Shown here piece after piece: positions 26,572-32,000 of a stretch of 32,000 nt of DNA. The translations under genes and the position numbers were made by a program. How positions within the stretch are numbered: position 1 is the stretch's first letter; every line of letters starts with the position of its first letter. A model generated the notes under the pieces. The model saw only the letters and a list, made by a program, of their open reading frames with translations, was not told the DNA's origin and ran no database searches. The DNA is from Halomicronema hongdechloris C2206 (lineage in GTDB: Bacteria; Cyanobacteriota; Cyanobacteriia; Phormidesmidales; Phormidesmidaceae): the NCBI RefSeq assembly GCF_002075285.3, contig NZ_CP021983.2, positions 2,370,001-2,402,000 on the forward strand, written 5' to 3'.

Positions 26572-26742
26572 GCCAGTGGAGGTGAGAATAGGGCAGTTAG
26601 CGGGGTGCTCCTATCGGCGTTACCCTGCTAGTCGTAACCTGCTATTCGTAATTGATTGTGTCACGATTTATAAGGCTGCTGCAGCGGGATTGCCAGTCTC
26701 CTGTGGCGTGTTTCCCGAACACAGTTCATCGCTCACTGTCCT

Positions 26743-27147
26743 ATGACCATGTCCCTTAAATTACCAGCATGGCTGGTCCCTATCGCCGTTGTTGCTGGTC
26801 TAGCCGGCAGCTGTCAACGCCAATCTGGTCCTCAGGGTGAGGCTATCATGTCGTTTGAATCCCGGCTAGCCCAACACCTGCAGGTAGAAGGAGACGTCAT
26901 GTACGGAGCCTACTGGTGCCCCCACTGCGCCGATCAAAAAGAAATGTTTGATCAGGCTAGCGACCAAATTCCCTACGTAGAATGCGACTCAAAAGGAGAG
27001 AATGCTCAGCCCCAACTCTGCCAGCAAAAGGGAGTTCAGGGCTATCCCACTTGGGAGATTAATGGAGAGCTTTATCCAGGGGTACGGTCTCTCGATGAAA
27101 TCGCGGAATTATCAGGGTTTGTGGCCGATCCCTCCCGGTCACAGTAA
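26743..27147 (+). CDS. Thioredoxin-like lipoprotein (CPHC motif), resembling the Trx-like domain fused to cyanobacterial VKOR
   Basis: Signal peptide with the lipobox LAGSC. YGAYWCPHCADQKEMF...YVECD...GYPTWEING matches the VKOR-associated Trx-like domain pattern. Confidence 0.82.
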   Translation: MTMSLKLPAWLVPIAVVAGLAGSCQRQSGPQGEAIMSFESRLAQHLQVEGDVMYGAYWCPHCADQKEMFDQASDQIPYVECDSKGENAQPQLCQQKGVQGYPTWEINGELYPGVRSLDEIAELSGFVADPSRSQ

Positions 27148-27179
27148 GGTGTCATTATCAGTGTCGTCCCATCCAATTC

Positions 27180-27581
27180 ATGGTTAATCAGCAGCCTACG
27201 TCTTCTGGTCCCAGCGGGTCAGTATCCCAGGGGCACAATCACAGCCATAGCGAGGCATTACCGCTAACTCCACTCCCTAGTCAGCACAGCGAGCGGCATA
27301 TCCATCCCCACGTTCACGATCCCGAGTCCTTGCGGCGCATCATTAATCGTCTAGCCCGGATCGAAGGCCATATTCGTGGGATCAAAACGATGGTGCAGGA
27401 GAGTCGCCCCTGCCCTGATGTGCTGGTGCAAATTGCCGCCGTACGGGGAGCCTTGGATCGGGTAGCCCGGGTGATTTTGGATGAGCACCTGAGTGAATGT
27501 ATTGGCCGGGCGGCTGCCGAAGGCAACATCGAGGACGAGATTGAGGAACTTAAGGCCGCCCTGGACCGCTTCTTGCCTTAG
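27180..27581 (+). CDS. inrS: CsoR/RcnR-family metal-sensing transcriptional repressor, InrS-like (nickel sensor)
   Basis: His-rich N-terminal extension (GHNHSHS...HIHPHVHDPESL). The block LRRIINRLARIEGHIRGIKTMVQESRPCPDVLVQIAAVRGALDRVARVILDEHLSECI closely resembles Synechocystis InrS as I remember it. Confidence 0.8.
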   Translation: MVNQQPTSSGPSGSVSQGHNHSHSEALPLTPLPSQHSERHIHPHVHDPESLRRIINRLARIEGHIRGIKTMVQESRPCPDVLVQIAAVRGALDRVARVILDEHLSECIGRAAAEGNIEDEIEELKAALDRFLP

Positions 27582-27882
27582 TGGCTCCTGGACGCCGTAG
27601 GACATTGGGTCTCGATCAGAATCGTCAATCGAACCTTAGGGCCGGTTTTGACCAGCCCTAACAGGCAGAGAACCGAACCTGATCAGTCCCAGAGGTTTGG
27701 TACATTAAAGCCGTATATTCCTGTAAGCACGGTTTGGGATAGCAACTACCCATTGTTGCTGCTATCGCCCCAGCTCAAATCAGTTCTCAAGTTCAGCGTC
27801 AGAGCCGACAGCTTTTCTTGGGCATACTGCTCGTCTGGACTAACACACGGTTTAACACTGCGAATCTCACGGGAGGAAATCC

Positions 27883-28920
27883 ATGGCTGCTACTGACTTC
27901 AAAGATTATTACGCCATTTTAGGGGTCAGTAAGTCTGCCAGTGTCGATGAGATTAAGCGAGCTTTTCGGAAGTTAGCTCGGCAACATCATCCGGACGTTA
28001 ACCCTGGCGACAAATCTGCTGAGGCCAAGTTTAAGGAGATCAGTGAGGCCTACGAAGTGCTCTCTGACCCCGAGAAGCGTAAGAAATACGATCAATTTGG
28101 CCAATACTGGCAGCAGGCGAGCCGGGGTGGCTATGCCGGTTCCACGGCTGACGTAGGTGGCTTTGACTTCAGCGCCTATGGCAGCTTCGATGAATTTATC
28201 AACGAACTGTTGGGCCGCTTCAGTACAGGCGGTTTCAGTACGGGTGGTTTCAGTACTAGCGGTTTCAGCACGGGTGGCCCTACCGGTGGGCGTTCTTATG
28301 GCTATCGAACCTATGCTGGGGGAGCACCTGGGGGCTTCGGCACCAGTGGATTTGGGGTCGGCAACGGCACCGCCTCTGCCCCCTCAACGGATCAGGAGGC
28401 TCAGATTACCCTCAGCCTCAGTGAAGCGTTTAAGGGCACCCGCAAGCGCTTGCGTATTGGCAACGAAGAAGTAGACGTGCGTATTCCGCCTGGTGCCAAG
28501 CCAGGGAGCAAAATTCGTCTGCGGGGTAAGGGACCGCTGAATCCTTACAGTCAGCGACGGGGGGATGTATATCTCATCGTTGAGACCCTGCCTCACCATG
28601 TCTTTAGCTTTGAGGGAGACAATCTGGTATGTCAGGTGCCGATCACGCCTGACGAAGCTGTATTGGGAGGCAAGATCGAGGTACCCACTCCTGATGGTCC
28701 GGTGACAATGAATTTGCCAGCAGGGGTGCGTTCTGGCCAGTCATTGCGGTTGCGGGGCAAGGGATGGCCGAAGCCTAAGGGAGGTCGTGGCGACCAACTG
28801 ATACGGGTTGTGATTACGCCTCCCAAGGCCCCGAGTAGCCAAGAGCGCCAGCTCTATGAGCAGATTCGGACCCAGCGGAGTGAGAATCCTCGGCAAGCCC
28901 TGCAAAGTGTGCGGCTGTAG
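27883..28920 (+). CDS. Type II DnaJ/CbpA-like co-chaperone (J domain, G/F region and C-terminal substrate-binding domains; no zinc finger)
   Basis: [36 protein letters not shown] contains the HPD motif. The G/F-rich linker includes (FSTGG)x4, and no CxxCxGxG repeats are present. The SD sequence gggagga lies upstream. Confidence 0.93.
   Translation: MAATDFKDYYAILGVSKSASVDEIKRAFRKLARQHHPDVNPGDKSAEAKFKEISEAYEVLSDPEKRKKYDQFGQYWQQASRGGYAGSTADVGGFDFSAYGSFDEFINELLGRFSTGGFSTGGFSTSGFSTGGPTGGRSYGYRTYAGGAPGGFGTSGFGVGNGTASAPSTDQEAQITLSLSEAFKGTRKRLRIGNEEVDVRIPPGAKPGSKIRLRGKGPLNPYSQRRGDVYLIVETLPHHVFSFEGDNLVCQVPITPDEAVLGGKIEVPTPDGPVTMNLPAGVRSGQSLRLRGKGWPKPKGGRGDQLIRVVITPPKAPSSQERQLYEQIRTQRSENPRQALQSVRL
28219..28278 (+). 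repeat. In-frame 15-nt tandem repeat x4 encoding (FSTGG)4 within the dnaJ-like gene
   Basis: The units are ttcagtacaggcggt, ttcagtacgggtggt, ttcagtactagcggt and ttcagcacgggtggc. Confidence 0.9.
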
Positions 28921-29194
28921 ACCAGCTATATTCCAGCCATATTTTTGATGGGCCCCCTTACGTTACCCGGGGAAGCACGATACTATGGGATATCGAAGTG
29001 CCTAGGGCACGAGCCGGGCTGAAAAGCTTCGATCACGGGTTGGAGTGGCTGTTCTCTAGGTTAACCACGTTAAGGTTAACTGGGGCAGTTAGCAGCTGGC
29101 CTGACAAAGTTTACTAATTACTCAAATAGGACGACCTGCTTGCATACCGCCAAGTAGGCTGTTTTTACGGCTACGACGTTGTGTTGACTCGGCA

Positions 29195-29476
29195 TTGGTG
29201 GCCATGGCACGAGCCTGTCTATCTCTGTTTCCTGCAGTCGGACGGTGGTCTGGGTTAGTCGCTCTCCTAGGGGCGATGATTCGGCTGCAAGCCGTGATTA
29301 TTGAGGATTTTGAATACTATGCCGTCTATGAGTCTAATTACTTAGACTTGCTCTGGAGCTTTATTACCTTCAAGCCAGTGGAATATGGCTGTGAGATAGC
29401 TCTGGCCATGTTGGTAGGGTTGTGGCAGATGTTGGTTCATGCCTGCCGCAGTGATCCCTCAGCGGTATCAAGCTAG
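29195..29476 (+). CDS. Hypothetical protein (93 aa), doubtful
   Basis: An ORF only, with a TTG/GTG-type start and an internal ATG at 29204. It is hydrophobic, lies in a lower-GC patch and has no recognisable motifs. Confidence 0.3.
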   Translation: MVAMARACLSLFPAVGRWSGLVALLGAMIRLQAVIIEDFEYYAVYESNYLDLLWSFITFKPVEYGCEIALAMLVGLWQMLVHACRSDPSAVSS

Positions 29477-29487
29477 TATCTGTAGCG

Positions 29488-29710
29488 ATGTCTATTGCTA
29501 CAACCCTCTCTCCAGAGAACCTAGACGCCATCATGGCGGCCATCGATGTCATTTACCAAAACTACCTTCCTTGATGGGATTAACAGTGGCTGAACAGCGC
29601 AAGCTGTTCAAACTCTGGATGTGGTCGATAAGCACCGTGACCTAGTACCGGGCTGCCTAGATGTGGACGCCGCCCATTCGGTCTGCCACTCACAACTCTA
29701 TCGATAAGCG
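29488..29710 (+). pseudogene. Remnant of a conserved hypothetical gene, broken across three frames
   Basis: ATG 29488 gives MSIATTLSPENLDAIMAAIDVIYQNYLP-stop. The sequence continues sensibly only in other frames: LMGLTVAEQRKLFKL, then LDVVDKHRDLVPGCLDVDAAHSV. This resembles a family I recall as ...LSPE..I..A...I...LPFLI.LT.EER..L.K(M/L)G... Confidence 0.35.
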
Positions 29711-29895
29711 ATTGAGATTGCTTGAGCCGTATACAGTGTTCGCGAAGCGTCTCCAGCGGAGAAAAGTTGTACGTACGGTTCTGAGGGGAGGGAGGGGGAT
29801 GTTACCCGACGGCTTCAGTTCATGGTGAAAATGGTTCTCTAAAGAGGATCTCCAGAGCTTAGATATCTAGAAGTGTAATTTGGAGTTGGTGCAGT

Positions 29896-30192
29896 ATGGT
29901 GGGTTGGACTAACTTGAGTAGTATTCTTGGGTTACTGCAAGCACTGGGTTCTCTAGGATATTTTGCAGTGTCCATTGCTCAGATAACTACTGCTTTGAGG
30001 TCACGACGGTTGACTGAACCGGTTCTCCGCATCCTTCAATTGATTTTTGCACCTCTAATTTTGCTTCTATCTGGAGGCATTCTCTTTTTTAACGGATGGA
30101 GACTAGACCCTATTTTACAGTTCCAGCAACTATTGCTGAGTATCCTGATTGGTTACCTCATTCTCCTAGACTTGCAGGGCAATCGCATCTAG
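29896..30192 (+). CDS. ycf66: Ycf66 family protein
   Basis: 98 aa with 3 TM segments. FFNGWRLDPILQFQQLLL matches the conserved FQGWRLDPIL block of Ycf66. Confidence 0.8.
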   Translation: MVGWTNLSSILGLLQALGSLGYFAVSIAQITTALRSRRLTEPVLRILQLIFAPLILLLSGGILFFNGWRLDPILQFQQLLLSILIGYLILLDLQGNRI

Positions 30193-30452
30193 TTTTTAGA
30201 GAATATTAGTAGTGTCTATGCCTATCGTTTAGATGCCAAGTACAGCGTAAACCAATGATTTGACCAGAATACAATGTAAATCTTTTATTCAGTAGAGAAT
30301 AAAACCGTAGCTTGAAGTGCCTGTATACCGAGCAGATCACGGCTCATGAATCTTGTCAATTAATGTTAAGCTGCGATGCCCATGCCTAGACTTGAAGAGA
30401 TTAAAACGGACTACTCAGCAATAGGATAAAACTTATTTTGAAGTGGAATTGC

Positions 30453-30761
30453 ATGTCAGACTTACTCACAAGAATTACTATCAATCCTAAACAATGTGGT
30501 GGTCATCTCTGCATTCGAGGCATGAGAAGTAGGGTGTCAGATGTACTGGACTTATTTGCGGCTGGACTAAATGCTGAACAAATCCTAGAAGAAATGCCTG
30601 ATTTGGAGGCAGATGACTTAAAAGCAGCACTTCTATATGCCTCACGTAAGCTTAATCACCCAGGATATCAACTTAAGGCGGGAAATCAAGATATTGGTAC
30701 GGCGTATCAATCAGCACGCTATCGAAAAGAGATAAAAGGGGGCACTGGCTCAATGGTTTAG
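30453..30761 (+). CDS. DUF433 domain protein (antitoxin-like) with an atypical C-terminal tail and no adjacent partner
   Basis: MSDLLTRITINPKQCGGHLCIRGMRSRVSDVLDLFAAGLNAEQILEEMPDLEADDLKAALLYA is a canonical DUF433 core. I prefer ATG 30453 to the TTG at 30438. Confidence 0.85.
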   Translation: MSDLLTRITINPKQCGGHLCIRGMRSRVSDVLDLFAAGLNAEQILEEMPDLEADDLKAALLYASRKLNHPGYQLKAGNQDIGTAYQSARYRKEIKGGTGSMV

Positions 30762-30869
30762 GGGGCTGGCAAACGGTGATGCGCTGGCAGGTAAGCGGTT
30801 TTGCTAACGCCAGGGAAGGGACAGTCTGGGATAATACTCCATGGCTGGCTTTTATCTGGAGAGGGGTCC

Positions 30870-31910
30870 ATGAAACGCTCTTTAATTCCTATGGTGACGG
30901 CGCTGTTGATTTTGCCGGGCTGGTGTCTGCCAGCTGGGGCCCAGCGGGTGACTAATGTTAGCCCTGAAGTGGATAGCCAGGGGATCTCCCCTGAGACCTC
31001 GATTTCGGGACAGTTTACTCCCAGCGATGGAGTGACGGTGCAGCCGGGAACCGTGACGCTGATGGTCCATGGGGAAGATGTGACTGACCGCAGCACGATC
31101 ACCCAGAATTTCTTTACCTACCGGCCCAGTCAAGCCTTACCCAGAGGTCCGGTCCAGGTGCAAATCGAGTTTCTAGGCAGCGATGGGGTGCGTCGAGTCG
31201 CTGCCTGGCAGTTTACGGTGCAGTCCCCTAGCACTGTTCTCGAGATTCAATCCTTGAGCCACAATGCTGCCGCACCTCTGGGACCCAACGATGTCTTTCG
31301 GGCGACCCTAAATGGTCCGTCAGGGGGAGAGGCCACTATTCTATTGATTGAAAATGGCCAGACGGTGAGAACCTTGGCGACAGAGGAAGTTTCCCCAGGG
31401 GTCTATGTGGCCAATTTGGCAGTGCCGGCCAATGTGTCGGTAGCGGAAGGGATTGTGGTGGGCCGATTGCGACACCAAGGGCAGACGGCCTATGCGATCG
31501 CATCAGAGCCCGCTAGCTTCACCCAGACAGCCACTGATACAGGCTCTGAGCCAGTAGTCGAGACCCCTGACACCGATCCAGCGACGACAGCAGTGGTGCC
31601 CCTGGCTCCAGAATTTACCAGTCACGCCAGCGGCGATACCGTCAGTGGCAACCGCTTTACCCTAGAGGGACGTACCCGCCCGGGAGCCACCGTCGATATC
31701 ACCGTCACCGGCAGCAACTCCCTATTTGGCCTAGTCAACGTGGGCCAAACTCTGTTAGACCAACAGGTCACCGCCGACGACGAGGGGCGATTTCGAGTGG
31801 AGGTGCCAGTGGGCCTGCTCAATGCCGGCGGGACCCGCTATCTGGTGACGGCCATGGCCCGTCTGAATGGAGAGCAGGCCAGCAGTGAATTGACCCTGAC
31901 CCACGAGTAA
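30870..31910 (+). CDS. Secreted protein with Ig-like (SbsA/Big_5-type) domains
   Basis: MKRSLIPMVTALLILPGWCLPAGAQ is a signal peptide, with the SD ggagagggg upstream. The rest is beta-rich V/T/G repeat-domain sequence. The track ORF begins upstream at 30801. Confidence 0.8.
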   Translation: MKRSLIPMVTALLILPGWCLPAGAQRVTNVSPEVDSQGISPETSISGQFTPSDGVTVQPGTVTLMVHGEDVTDRSTITQNFFTYRPSQALPRGPVQVQIEFLGSDGVRRVAAWQFTVQSPSTVLEIQSLSHNAAAPLGPNDVFRATLNGPSGGEATILLIENGQTVRTLATEEVSPGVYVANLAVPANVSVAEGIVVGRLRHQGQTAYAIASEPASFTQTATDTGSEPVVETPDTDPATTAVVPLAPEFTSHASGDTVSGNRFTLEGRTRPGATVDITVTGSNSLFGLVNVGQTLLDQQVTADDEGRFRVEVPVGLLNAGGTRYLVTAMARLNGEQASSELTLTHE

Positions 31911-31922
31911 CAGACATGGCCA

Positions 31923-32000
31923 CTAGGGCAGCCATTTAGCCAGTCGTCCCGACACCTGCAGAGATTCTGGTGCCAGCTGCACCACCTGAGCCTGCAGTTG
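31923..32000 (-). CDS. 3' end of an unidentified minus-strand CDS that enters from the right window edge
   Basis: Minus-strand reading gives QLQAQVVQLAPESLQVSGRLAKWLP-stop (TAG at 31925-31923). Only 25 codons are visible, so support is weak. Confidence 0.3.
   Translation of the reverse strand, partial: QLQAQVVQLAPESLQVSGRLAKWLP

Noticed and set aside
27648-27896. 82-aa plus-strand ORF immediately upstream of, and overlapping, the dnaJ-like start.
   Set aside because: It has a non-ATG start (the codon at 27648-27650 reads ttg) and no motifs. It occupies the likely dnaJ promoter and 5' UTR, and it ends inside dnaJ in another frame.

Overview
This is a cyanobacterial chromosomal segment. The evidence is at least 17 copies of the HIP1 octamer GCGATCGC, plus chlH, ycf66, an InrS-type nickel sensor, a UbiC-like chorismate lyase and STRR-like heptamer repeats. 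Most of the window is ordinary housekeeping. On the minus strand: nitroreductase (partial), dps, chlH, a family-5 ABC substrate-binding protein, UPF0182, a DUF4079-like membrane protein, pheS, a TPR protein, a DUF4870-like protein and an HtrA protease. On the plus strand: surE, an MBL-fold hydrolase, ribF, a MoxR ATPase, a Uma2 endonuclease, chorismate lyase, a thioredoxin-like lipoprotein, inrS, a type II DnaJ, ycf66, DUF433 and a secreted Ig-like protein. I saw no rRNA, tRNA, CRISPR array, transposase or integrase. The most unusual locus is 12835-15000. It holds one 256-aa orphan gene whose C-terminal half looks like a TIR-like / nucleoside 2-deoxyribosyltransferase-like fold. That gene sits between 603 bp of GC-rich repeat and hairpin DNA and 792 bp of AT-rich, ORF-free DNA with internal repeats and a 148-bp element bounded by 14-bp inverted repeats. 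This is my best candidate for an undescribed system (a single-gene effector, possibly with flanking RNAs), but the call rests on motif-level inference only. Other notable items: a UPF0182 gene split by a 1-nt frameshift; three composite tandem-repeat loci, two of them apparently one element family in opposite orientations and with G-quadruplex potential; 16 perfect GCCTTCT heptamers upstream of chorismate lyase; a candidate sRNA or terminator upstream of chlH; and a low-GC patch with decayed genes at 29.2-30.8 kb. All product names come from my reading of the translations. No database search was run.
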